From Polyangiales bacterium (GTDB lineage: Bacteria; Myxococcota_A; Polyangia; Polyangiales; Ga0077539): 64,000 nucleotides of DNA. The notes under the pieces were generated by a model that worked only from the letters and a program-made list of their open reading frames with translations, was not told the DNA's origin and searched no databases. The stretch lies in NCBI GenBank assembly GCA_044229975.1, contig JBGARZ010000006.1, positions 64,001 to 128,000 on the forward strand, read 5' to 3'. This document shows positions 30,301 through 38,919 of this stretch, piece after piece. Every line of letters begins with the position of its first letter. Position 1 is the stretch's first letter. The translations under genes were made by a program, and so were the position numbers.

Positions 30301-30954
30301 GTCGAGGAGTGCGCGACGGAGGTCGCGGCGTGTGAGGCGCTGGTGCGATCACCGCGGTCGTACATCGCGGCGCAGCTCGCCCACTGCCAGGCGGAGATGG
30401 CCGCCGCGGCGGGTGATCTGCCGCGCGCGTCGGCGCTGCTCGACGCGGGCGTGGCGACCTTCCGGGCGCTCGGCGGTCCGTACGAGCGCGAGGTGACGCG
30501 GCTGGCGATTCGCGGAGCGGAGGTGCTCGTCGCCCTGGGCCGGTACCGCGAGGCGGTGGAGGCGATCGCGGTCACCGAGGCGGGGCTGTCCGCGATGCGC
30601 GGGATGCGACCGCTCGCGGACGCGGTGCTCGCGTCGGCCTGGGTGGCCCTCGGTCGTCACGACGAGGCCGAGGCGGCCGCGCGTCGCGGGCTCTGCGACC
30701 TGCACCCGCGCTGGCACTTCGACGGCGGGGCGTTTCGTCCGCGGGCCGTCTTCGCCGGAGCGCTGCTGGCGTGCGGAGCGCGGGAGGAGGCTCGCGCGCT
30801 GGTCCAGGAGGCGCTCGCCGACATCGCGCTGCACCTCGCGGAGGTCTCCACGCCGGAGCGTCGACGCCTGTACCTCGCGCACGCGCCCGGCGTGGCGCCT
30901 GCGCTGCGGTTGGGGCGAGAGCTCGGGGTCGAGATGCCCACCGTTCGGCGGTGA
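27346..30954 (+). CDS. Ser/Thr kinase + degenerate cyclase-like + AAA/STAND ATPase + TPR protein
   Basis: GAGGMGEVW, HRDVKPAN, DFG; GERRVATV; Walker A GDAGLGKS, Walker B LVVDDAHWAD; GNPY. Confidence 0.92.
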   Translation: MTERIAGRFELQRVVGAGGMGEVWLALDATTGERVALKRTHTNADLVRFVREAEVLASLDHPGIVRHVAHGEVDGRGYLAMAWLDGEDLSARLKRGRLGVAASLDLVRRVAEALSVAHRRGVVHRDVKPANLFLAGGELAAVTVLDFGIARVEGAVRTGTGTVIGTPGYMSPEQARGESSIDARTDVFALGCVLFECIAGRAPFVGAHAMAVLVKLLLEAPPRLTDLAPETPPAVESLVAAMLAKDPTARPADGAALAELIARVMEGGAVEAVEVAALGAGERRVATVMLWRAGDATALPGARLDPLADTLGPSDTVVDGRSALRVERLVDGTFFALLSSLGTPRDHCLAAGRRALDLVRSDPGVRVAIATDHAEDAAASATGPAIDRASAMLMDVPAGQVLLDPLSAALVAERYVVERDPWGGRLVGPHTSSADAAPATQDRPLLGRDRELRVLESALEDAASGHAGTVLVLGDAGLGKSALARALRALVARRSGAIYLDATAEALDVDVPYALLGALLARPSGAAVTVGPALAAIRRRGVPTHEDVADELAAWLRSLAEGRLLALVVDDAHWADEPSMRALVRALDGCDDATLLVVVQGRPSTAERFGVALQRLGPIELRLRPLSTAAAGELVARLGGDPTGSIVGRAQGNPYVLEELVRASQGATPSAMPASVLGVAQANVDHLAPSARRALRAASVLGQRFTRAALLAVLGGDPRTAADALDEAVRAEAVRADGPEGFSFRHALTRDAVYAMIPERDRVAAHGRAARWIEAEGSVVPAVLAHHLARAGEVERAVACYRDAAQEALLASDRGAIERIDAEVAALAPAHPTRVDLLAMLADRLLGADGPAREAAARGALAMLAPDSPRRPLLLARLVAARPDDDTVAEAVAELRLLAAPDPRLLMPLDGIFNFTNAAGALRHQGEVLALIDRHQTGTWPGTALVQRRELERAFDEARVPNGATGADAFRCHEWRFYLLRHLGRVEECATEVAACEALVRSPRSYIAAQLAHCQAEMAAAAGDLPRASALLDAGVATFRALGGPYEREVTRLAIRGAEVLVALGRYREAVEAIAVTEAGLSAMRGMRPLADAVLASAWVALGRHDEAEAAARRGLCDLHPRWHFDGGAFRPRAVFAGALLACGAREEARALVQEALADIALHLAEVSTPERRRLYLAHAPGVAPALRLGRELGVEMPTVRR

Positions 30955-31116
30955 CGCCCAAGGGGTGCCCTTGAGCGGGGTGGCTCTGAGCGGGCCGCGC
31001 GCGCGACGAAGACCGAGCTTCGCCATGCGATCCCGAGGGATCCTCTCAGGGCGGCGCCTCTTTTTGGAAAGCGTGGGGAGAACTCGTCACACTCAACCAG
31101 TGGGTCATCGCACTCC

Positions 31117-33303
31117 TCAAGAAAATTCACCGACGATCGGTGGCAACTGAGACAGGTCCAGTGCGCGAAGCGCGCGGTCGCAGTTTTCGCAGAACTCTTG
31201 CAGCGCGCCGTCAGTCGCTACCCCGACCATGATGCACGGCTTCGTTCTCAAGCAGTGGGGGCCTTCACCGATATCTATGTGTAGGGTGTTTTTGCTATTC
31301 GTATCGTCGGGCAAGCGGGGGGTGACCAGACCGAAGTAATGACCGATCTCGTGGAGGACCGTATGGAGGGTCGATGCCTTCATCGCGTCGACGTCGCAAC
31401 CCTGGAAAACATCACTGGCCGGCGTCGTGGTCCTTTTTTGGTCGCTTTTGCCCCTCCCGATCTGGGTTTGACGCGCCCATCGAAAACGCATCGCGACTGA
31501 CACCATCCGGGCACGATCGACCTGAAGGCCTGCGGGGCCGTCGAACGCCTTGAGGGTGATGTCGACTTTGATCGGGGCGTTGAAAACCCAATCGGGCCCT
31601 CTGCGCTTGAGGGTGACGGCCTTCTGGTGATCTTCACTTAATCTTTTTATTGTGCCGTGATAAAAGCACTTTTCTTGCCAGCTTCGCTCCTCTGCCAGGT
31701 TGAATGCGTGGTCGTATCCGTCCATGAAAACGGTTTTTACCCCCTTGTGCTCGACGAAGAAGCTGCGCTTGTGAATGGTGTCGACAAAGGCGATTACGAA
31801 GGTTTGCGGTGGCAGCGAATGGTCTGCGTTGCTAGATGACGGGCTGTAATCCGCATAGGTGTTGTCGCCGTCTCGCACGAGCTCGATGAAGCTGTTTTTG
31901 TATATCCCCTTCATGCCTTCTTCGTCGAATAGCCTTTCGTAGTCAGTGCTCTTGTCGTGCATTCGCATGACCGACACCCGGTAGTAGACCTTCTTCCAGA
32001 CCGTGAGGACCCCGGACATCCATCCCGCTCGACTCCTCATGACCTGGGGTAGAATCGCTACGCCCGGCGGCGCCTCCTGCAGGTACGCCGCGACCCTGAA
32101 CCGATCGCCGCCGTAGCCGGAAAGCGTGAGCCTGGCCGACGTTGGCGGGTCCTGGTTGTTCGTCATGACTGGCATATCCGTTTCGTCCGGCCTCTTGTGT
32201 TTCGCTCCGACGAACAGGTCGCCTCGGTTGTTTGGGTCGGGGATGAGCGAAAACATCATTGCGACGTCAAGCAGGGCGGGGGAAATCTCGGCAGTCGCCT
32301 CGATCTCACGCCCAGATCTCCTGGCTGCGTCACTCATCTTCGTATCCCACCAGGGCTTCTCGGGGCGGTCCCGGGACGTGCCCATGGGGATGTTGACGTA
32401 AACCCTGTCCTCACCTGGCAAGACCCTGACGATGTCGATCACGGTGAAGAAAGCGCGATCGGCGTAACCCTTCGCCTTGAAGTTCTTGCCCTCGACTCCA
32501 AGGTGCAGGCGGACGTCCCTGTGAGCGTTCGACCTCTTGGTGCCCTCGACCCAGAGCACCAGGTCGCCATCACCAAACGCCTCTTTCCCTAGCGAGACTG
32601 GATGCCCGCAAAGGAAATCTTTGCCCTGGACCTCTTGGCTGAAGATCGTGACCTCACCGCCCTGGCTGTCCGTCGTCAGGACCACCCTCAAGTCGGCTTT
32701 CCACACCGCGGGGTCAGGTTCCTTCACGATGAGCTTCGCGCGCCCTTGGGATTGGCTTTCGTCCTGCAATACGAGGAGCCGCCCGCGACCGACCTGCTCG
32801 TCGCGCGACAGGGCGGTGTGCTTCGGCATTGTCGAACTGAAAAACACCTCGCTGTGTTTCTTCTCCGCCCGGCAAAGCACCATATCGAGTTGGACTGCGG
32901 TCATCTCGCAAGGGAGAGACTCCTTCCCATGCGCCTTCAGGGTGAGCGTCACTGGGCCGGGCCCGATCGCCTTGATATAGACTGTCGAGGGGAGCGCGAC
33001 GTCGATCTTGGTTTTTGGTTTCGATTTTTTATGGGCGTCGGGCCTGCCGCTGCTTTGGGTGTAGACGAGCACTTCGGCACTGAACGTGAGCACGCCTTTG
33101 CTGCCCGGACCGGACAGGTCGATCGCCGTCGGAGTCGTGATGAAATCAGGGAGAGCGGACCGGTCGACCAGAAAGACTGAACACTCTGGCGCAATGACGG
33201 GGTCACCCGTGTTGCGCCCGCACTGCTTGACTGCTGTCGACCCATCGGCTGGTTTGCGCTTGTCGGCTTCTAGTTGCGTGTTGCTCCCGCCGCACGGCCC
33301 CAT
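31117..33303 (-). CDS. Putative Zn-metallopeptidase effector (HExxH + Cys4 tail), AT-richer than host
   Basis: HEIGHYFGL...GPHC.....CIM...FCENC; no signal peptide; homologous to 58884-60608. Confidence 0.7.
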   Translation of the reverse strand: MGPCGGSNTQLEADKRKPADGSTAVKQCGRNTGDPVIAPECSVFLVDRSALPDFITTPTAIDLSGPGSKGVLTFSAEVLVYTQSSGRPDAHKKSKPKTKIDVALPSTVYIKAIGPGPVTLTLKAHGKESLPCEMTAVQLDMVLCRAEKKHSEVFFSSTMPKHTALSRDEQVGRGRLLVLQDESQSQGRAKLIVKEPDPAVWKADLRVVLTTDSQGGEVTIFSQEVQGKDFLCGHPVSLGKEAFGDGDLVLWVEGTKRSNAHRDVRLHLGVEGKNFKAKGYADRAFFTVIDIVRVLPGEDRVYVNIPMGTSRDRPEKPWWDTKMSDAARRSGREIEATAEISPALLDVAMMFSLIPDPNNRGDLFVGAKHKRPDETDMPVMTNNQDPPTSARLTLSGYGGDRFRVAAYLQEAPPGVAILPQVMRSRAGWMSGVLTVWKKVYYRVSVMRMHDKSTDYERLFDEEGMKGIYKNSFIELVRDGDNTYADYSPSSSNADHSLPPQTFVIAFVDTIHKRSFFVEHKGVKTVFMDGYDHAFNLAEERSWQEKCFYHGTIKRLSEDHQKAVTLKRRGPDWVFNAPIKVDITLKAFDGPAGLQVDRARMVSVAMRFRWARQTQIGRGKSDQKRTTTPASDVFQGCDVDAMKASTLHTVLHEIGHYFGLVTPRLPDDTNSKNTLHIDIGEGPHCLRTKPCIMVGVATDGALQEFCENCDRALRALDLSQLPPIVGEFS

Positions 33304-33304
33304 C

Positions 33305-34072
33305 TCAATCCTCCTTTGCGCGGAGCAGCGCCACCGCGCGATTCAAATGGCTCATCGCCCCATCCAGCAGCGCCCGCGCCTTCGCGTCCGGATCCGCGAT
33401 CTCCTCGTCGCGCAGCGTCGCGCCCATCCAAGGGATCTGTGGGTCACGCGCCGCGTGACTCCCCAACATGAACAACACCGTCATCAAGATCAGCACGCCG
33501 GCGGGGCTCGTGAGACCATGGCGGGCGGCCTCTTCGCCGCCCAGGGCGAAGAATGCGCCCAGAGCGTCATCGTCGAGGTTTGCCAGCTTCTCCGGATAGA
33601 GGTGGCCAAGCCATTGGTACACGGCGACGTTGAGCGGGCCAGACGACGTCGCCTCGACGGCTCGCTCGAAGGTCAACCCCCGCACCCGCATCATCGCTCG
33701 CCGGTAGCGTCCGCCGTCCTCCCCGGTGACCAGCGCCAGATACGTGATCGCCCGCGCGTGGAGCACGTCCATCGTGTTGTCGCCGCCCTGCGCCAGGATC
33801 TGGGCCGCCCAGGGGAGCTGCGGATCGCGGTCGAAGTCGGTGCCAAGCGACAGCGAGAGGTCGATGTACCGTCGCATCTGGCTTCTGGTCGTGAAGCCAT
33901 GAGCGTCCGCGCGCTCGATGCCATACCGGATGACCTCCCGCGCCTGCACTTCTCCCATCAAGTCACAGTCGATGGGAAAGTGCTCGCGGAGGTGAGCCCA
34001 CATCTCCGATTCGAAGCTCTTCCAGCCCAGACGACCCAGCACCGCCAGTTGTGAAGATCGAATGACGAGCAT
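33305..34072 (-). CDS. T6SS adaptor-like protein (resembles the helical region found C-terminal in DUF4123 proteins), duplicated domain
   Basis: MLVIRSSQ...FE..M..HL..HFP...GE...I..G..RA..HG...LG.DFDRDPQLPWA; second copy LG...RDPQIPWM; stop directly abuts the effector start. Confidence 0.6.
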   Translation of the reverse strand: MLVIRSSQLAVLGRLGWKSFESEMWAHLREHFPIDCDLMGEVQAREVIRYGIERADAHGFTTRSQMRRYIDLSLSLGTDFDRDPQLPWAAQILAQGGDNTMDVLHARAITYLALVTGEDGGRYRRAMMRVRGLTFERAVEATSSGPLNVAVYQWLGHLYPEKLANLDDDALGAFFALGGEEAARHGLTSPAGVLILMTVLFMLGSHAARDPQIPWMGATLRDEEIADPDAKARALLDGAMSHLNRAVALLRAKED

Positions 34073-34173
34073 GGACTCCGCACAGGCCACGAGAAGCATC
34101 CACCGGACAAAACATCGCGACGTATCAAGCAGTTACCATCAATCGAACTGCAACGTCCACACCTTCTTCGCGC

Positions 34174-34540
34174 TCACCGCACCAACGCACACGCAGTCGG
34201 GTCGGCCGTCGCCGCGACCAGTGCCGTCCCCGTCGCCCCCGCGCTCCGCGGCGACTTTACCCGATAGGCGACGTTGCCGTCGGGCAACACGCTCACCCGA
34301 CCGCTCGCCACCGCCGGTCGGGCCATGTACCGGCAGAGCCGCTCCAGCGCCCCGCGGTCGTCCACCGCCACACACATCCTCCCGCCCGCAGTTCGAACAC
34401 ACCCCGTGCCGCTTGCACGAGAACGCCACGAGTCGGTCGTGGCCGCAGCCCGCGCAGCGCGCCCGTCGACATCGGGCAAGCCGTGCGACGTCCCGCAGCC
34501 GGAGTTGGGAGCAGGCGATGAGGCCCCCCTCGAAACCTGA
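34174..34540 (-). pseudogene. IS91/ISCR-family rolling-circle transposase remnant, internally deleted and frameshifted
   Basis: RCAGCGHDRLVAFSCKRHGVCSNCG (Zn domain) directly followed in another frame by LERLCRYMARPA...DGNVAYRVKSP (catalytic region). Confidence 0.85.
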
Positions 34541-34603
34541 CACCCTGCTGACAGTCACTGCGCTTGACGATCGGGCGTCGTCGTCACACTCCCAGGACCC
34601 GCC

Positions 34604-36718
34604 ATGAACAACCCCTCGTCGCCCTTCCAGCTCGTGTCGGAGTTTGCGCCGCAGGGCGACCAGCCCACCGCCATCGCCGCGCTCCTCGAAGGGCTGCGCC
34701 GCGGCGAGAAGCACCAGACCCTCCTCGGCGTCACCGGCTCGGGCAAGACCTTCACCGCCGCGCAGGTCATCGCCGCGTACGGTCGACCCGCGCTCGTGCT
34801 CGCGCCCAACAAGACCCTCGCGGCGCAGCTCTACGGGGAGTTCAAGGAGCTGTTTCCCGACAACGCCGTCGAGTACTTCGTCTCGTATTACGACTACTAC
34901 CAGCCCGAGGCGTACATCCCCGCGAGCGACACCTTCATCGAGAAGGACTCGATGATCAACGAGGCCATCGACCGCCTGCGCCACTCGGCCACGCGCTCGC
35001 TGCTCTCCCGCAAGGACGTCATCATCGTCGCGTCGGTGTCGTGCATCTACGGCATCGGCTCGCAGGAGTCCTACAAAGGGATGGTCGCCGCCTTCGGGGT
35101 CGGCGAGGAATACCCGCGTGACCATCTCATCCGACGGCTCGTCGAGATGCAGTACTCACGCAACGACGTCGACTTCCACCGCGGGACCTTCCGGGTGCGC
35201 GGCGACGTGGTGGAGGTGTTTCCCGCGTACGAGGCGGAGGTGGCGGTGCGGGTGGCGTTCTTCGGGGACACCATCGACGACATCGCGGAGATCGACCCGC
35301 TGCGCGGCAAGGTGCTGAAGAAGCTGCGCGCGGCGGAGATCTTCCCGGGGTCGCACTACGTGACGCCGAAGAAGATGATGAGCAACGCCATCAACGCGAT
35401 CCGCGACGAGCTCCAGGTGCGGCTCACGGAGCTGCAGGAGCGCGGCAAGTTCATCGAGCGCGAGCGCCTGGAGCAGCGGGTCTTGTACGACCTCGAAATG
35501 CTGGAGCAGGTGGGCTTCTGCCACGGGATCGAAAACTACTCGCGCCACCTGTCGGGTCGCGGTCCGGGCGAGGCGCCGCCGACGCTCATCGACTACTTCC
35601 CGCCCGACTACCTCCTGCTCATCGACGAGAGCCACCAGTCGGTGTCGCAGGTCGGCGCGATGTTCAAGGGCGACCGCGCGCGCAAGGAGACGCTGGTGGA
35701 CTTCGGGTTCCGCCTGCCGAGCGCGCTCGACAACCGGCCGCTGAAGTTCGACGAGTTCGAGCAGCGCATGGGTCGCACCATCTATGTGTCGGCGACGCCG
35801 GGTCAGTACGAGCTCGACCACAGCGGCGGAACCTTCGTCGAGCAGATCATCCGCCCTACCGGTCTCATCGACCCGGTCATCACGGTGCGCCCCGTGACGA
35901 AGCAGGTCGACGACCTCCTGGCCGAGGTGCGCGAGTGCGTCGCGAAGGACCAGCGCGTGCTCGTCACCACGCTCACCAAGCGCATGGCCGAAGACCTCAC
36001 CGAGTACTATCAAGACCTCGGCGTAAAGGTTCGCTATCTACACTCGGACATCGATACGCTGGAGCGGGTGGAGATCCTCCGCGACCTGCGGCGCGGGGAG
36101 TTCGACGTGCTGGTGGGCATCAACCTCCTGCGCGAGGGGTTGGACCTCCCCGAGGTAGCGCTGGTGGCGATTCTCGACGCCGACAAGGAGGGCTTCCTGC
36201 GCTCGCCGCGGTCGCTCATCCAGACCATCGGCCGCGCGGCGCGCAACATCGAGGGGCGGGTCATCATGTACGCCGACACGGTGACCTCCGCGATGCAGAA
36301 CGCCATCGAAGAGACCGACCGACGCCGCACGATTCAGCGCGCCTACAACGAGAAGCACGGCATCACGCCGACATCGACGAAGCGCGCCATCACCGACCTG
36401 TCGCCCGCGTCGGGCGCCAACGACTACGTGGCCGTCTCCAAAGGGCGGAAGAAGGGCGCACCCGTCGCCGCGCCGAAGAGCGACGCCGACCGCGCGGCGC
36501 TCGCGGAGCAGCTGCGCGCGGAGATGCTGGAGGCCGCGGAGTCGCTGGACTTCGAGCGCGCCGCGGCGCTGCGTGACGAGCTGCGGGTGCTGGAGACGGG
36601 CGTGGTGCCCGAGCCGAAGGCGCCCGTGACGTCGCTCGAACCGACAAAGAACAAGCCGAAGCCCGACGCGCGCAAGCGCTTCGAGAAGGCCGGGCAGCGG
36701 TACGCGAAGAAGCAGTAG
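34604..36718 (+). CDS. uvrB: Excinuclease ABC subunit B
   Basis: [40 protein letters not shown]-terminal UVR domain. Confidence 0.98.
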   Translation: MNNPSSPFQLVSEFAPQGDQPTAIAALLEGLRRGEKHQTLLGVTGSGKTFTAAQVIAAYGRPALVLAPNKTLAAQLYGEFKELFPDNAVEYFVSYYDYYQPEAYIPASDTFIEKDSMINEAIDRLRHSATRSLLSRKDVIIVASVSCIYGIGSQESYKGMVAAFGVGEEYPRDHLIRRLVEMQYSRNDVDFHRGTFRVRGDVVEVFPAYEAEVAVRVAFFGDTIDDIAEIDPLRGKVLKKLRAAEIFPGSHYVTPKKMMSNAINAIRDELQVRLTELQERGKFIERERLEQRVLYDLEMLEQVGFCHGIENYSRHLSGRGPGEAPPTLIDYFPPDYLLLIDESHQSVSQVGAMFKGDRARKETLVDFGFRLPSALDNRPLKFDEFEQRMGRTIYVSATPGQYELDHSGGTFVEQIIRPTGLIDPVITVRPVTKQVDDLLAEVRECVAKDQRVLVTTLTKRMAEDLTEYYQDLGVKVRYLHSDIDTLERVEILRDLRRGEFDVLVGINLLREGLDLPEVALVAILDADKEGFLRSPRSLIQTIGRAARNIEGRVIMYADTVTSAMQNAIEETDRRRTIQRAYNEKHGITPTSTKRAITDLSPASGANDYVAVSKGRKKGAPVAAPKSDADRAALAEQLRAEMLEAAESLDFERAAALRDELRVLETGVVPEPKAPVTSLEPTKNKPKPDARKRFEKAGQRYAKKQ

Positions 36719-36725
36719 AGCTCGA

Positions 36726-36973
36726 CCCGCCGTGCGCCGGAGTTCGCGTGAGCCCATGAGCCGAGGTGCAGTCGCTCACTCCGGGCTATTTCAGGTGCTC
36801 ACCCCGCTGCGCGAGGTTGCAGGAACTCACGGTCGACGATGAGCAAGGTCGATGAGTTGCTGGTTGAACCCAGTGCTGCAACCCCGCGCAGCGGGGTGAG
36901 CACCTGAAATAGCCCGGAGTGAGCGACTGCACGCACCCGCAACGAGGTCCCGCGAACTCCGGCGCGCAGCGGG
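36726..36973. repeat. Giant palindrome: 57-bp inner arms + outer arms, 53-bp spacer (REPIN/PATE-like)
   Basis: 36766-36822 vs 36876-36932 with 1 mismatch; outer gcgccggagttcgcg/cgcgaactccggcgc; lies between convergent genes. Confidence 0.88.
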
Positions 36974-36983
36974 GGTGAGACTC

Positions 36984-38879
36984 CTACGGCCGACGAAGCG
37001 CCTGCTGCATGCTGCGGCCGACGAGGCCCAGCGCCGCGCGCGGGACGGTGAGGTCGACGGTGACGTGCGTGACGCCCTCGCGCTCGGTGGTGCGCATGCG
37101 GCCGATGGTCGGCGCGTTGGCCGCGTCGCCCGCCTGCGCGAGCGTGCCGGAGATGGTGCGGCCCAGCGACGCGTCGTTGTGGCTCAGCTCCAGCAGCGCG
37201 TTGGGGAGCACCGCGATGACGCTCGACGTGCCCGCGGCGGTCGCGTCGGGGATCGTCGGCGGCGCCGGGTGCGACGCCGTCGCAGCCGCGAACTGCGTGC
37301 GCGCGTTGGCGCCCAGCACGACCCAGACGTGATCGCCCTCGGGTACCAGCAGCAGCTCGGACACCAGCGGGCGAGCCGCAGGCGTCGCCGGCGTCGCCGG
37401 TCGAGCCGCCGGTGCAACCCGGGGCGTGGCCGCGGTGGACTGCGCGCGCATCGCGGCGAGCAGCACGTCGCGGGTGGGCATCGTTCCGCGCAGGAGCAAC
37501 GACCCGGCGGGCAGGCCCGTGGTGGGCGCGAGCACCCACCCCATCGGGTTGATGTGCAGGTCGGCGTTGATGGCGCGCGCGACGGCGGGGCGGCGCATCG
37601 CCGTCACCAGCGAGCGCACGTTGGCGACGAACTGCGGCGACGGCGTGGACAGCCGCAGGAGCGCGGTGGCGGTGTAGCGGTCCTGCGCGTCGCGCTGGGT
37701 GGCGGTGGCGACTGCGACGCGGTCCTGCGCGACGAGGGCGCCGAGGGCCGTGCGCAGCGCGGTGGCGTCGGCCTCCACCAATCGGGTGCGCGGCGTAAGA
37801 ACGCGGGCAGCGGCGCTCGCGGCGAGGTTGAGCGTCGCGCGCAGCGGCTCGGTGTGCATGGCCCAGGCGCCGTAGGTCCACGCGCCGGGCGGGAGGCGCT
37901 CGTAGAGGTCGACGGGCACGGGGCTGTCGCGCACGGCGGTGAGCGCCTGCTGCGCGAGCTGGGCGCTGGGGTTCTGCACCGCGAGGTCGAGGGTGAGCGC
38001 GGCGCCGGTGTCGGGGAGCGCGAGCGAGAGGCGGGCGTCGCGGGCCTCCGTGAGGGTGCTGCGGAGGGCGCCGACGGCGTCGCGGATCCACTGGCGCGCG
38101 GCGTCGGCGAAGAGCGGGTTGTTGGGGTCGGGGCCGGGCGCGACGGCCTCGACGAGCTCGCCGACGAGGGAGTCGAGGTCGGCGCGCATGGCCTGCTCGA
38201 TGATCTGCGGGTGGAGATCGACGACCACGGCGCCGTCGTCCGAGGTGAGCGGCTGCGCGGCGAGGGTGCGCGCGATGTACGCGGCGTAGCGGTTGATGAA
38301 GTCCTCGTAGCCCTCGCGGTGGTGCACCATCAACAGGCGGCCGCCCTCGCCCGCCGTCGGGAGCAGGAACAGATCATCGCTGTGGTGCTGCCCCGTCTGC
38401 ACGATGCGCTGCATGCGGAGCGAGGGGTTGCCGAAGTTCTCCAGGGTGTGGCCGTCGGCGAGCTGCGTGCGGGCCGTGGCGAGCGAGCGGATGGGGAAGG
38501 ACGCGATGCCCTCGACGTCGTTGCCGCGGAAGGCCACGAGGAGGTCGAGCGGTCCGTCGAGGTCGACCGCGTGGGCGGCGCCCTCGTCGCTGAGAATCTC
38601 CGGCAGCGCCGACGCGAGGCCCTGCTCGATGAACTCCCGCAGCCCGAGCATCTCGCCGAGGCGTCGCACGGCGGCGTTGACGTTGCCGACGCGCACCGAG
38701 ACCACGCCGTCGGTGGGGCGCGCGACGGGAGTGGTGTCGGCGGCGACCTCGACGGCGGTGTTGACGGCGTTGGCGACGGGCGCCGCGGGCGCGGGCGTCG
38801 GCGTGCTCGCGCACTGCGGGAGCGAGGCGGCGAGGACGAGCGCGAGCGCGGCGGAGCGGAGGCGGGAGGAGGGCGACAT
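36984..38879 (-). CDS. Hypothetical lipoprotein
   Basis: Signal peptide ending LPQC; 631-aa ORF with host-like codon usage. Confidence 0.7.
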   Translation of the reverse strand: MSPSSRLRSAALALVLAASLPQCASTPTPAPAAPVANAVNTAVEVAADTTPVARPTDGVVSVRVGNVNAAVRRLGEMLGLREFIEQGLASALPEILSDEGAAHAVDLDGPLDLLVAFRGNDVEGIASFPIRSLATARTQLADGHTLENFGNPSLRMQRIVQTGQHHSDDLFLLPTAGEGGRLLMVHHREGYEDFINRYAAYIARTLAAQPLTSDDGAVVVDLHPQIIEQAMRADLDSLVGELVEAVAPGPDPNNPLFADAARQWIRDAVGALRSTLTEARDARLSLALPDTGAALTLDLAVQNPSAQLAQQALTAVRDSPVPVDLYERLPPGAWTYGAWAMHTEPLRATLNLAASAAARVLTPRTRLVEADATALRTALGALVAQDRVAVATATQRDAQDRYTATALLRLSTPSPQFVANVRSLVTAMRRPAVARAINADLHINPMGWVLAPTTGLPAGSLLLRGTMPTRDVLLAAMRAQSTAATPRVAPAARPATPATPAARPLVSELLLVPEGDHVWVVLGANARTQFAAATASHPAPPTIPDATAAGTSSVIAVLPNALLELSHNDASLGRTISGTLAQAGDAANAPTIGRMRTTEREGVTHVTVDLTVPRAALGLVGRSMQQALRRP

Positions 38880-38919
38880 GGCGGCGGAGGATACCCGAAG
38901 GCTCCTCCGCCGCGACCTC

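Noticed and set aside
30965..31050. RDRMAKLGL fragment resembling a Fis-type HTH tail or IS91 C-terminus/oriIS
   Set aside because: Too short; no supporting motif, and no CCTATAC-like oriIS found.
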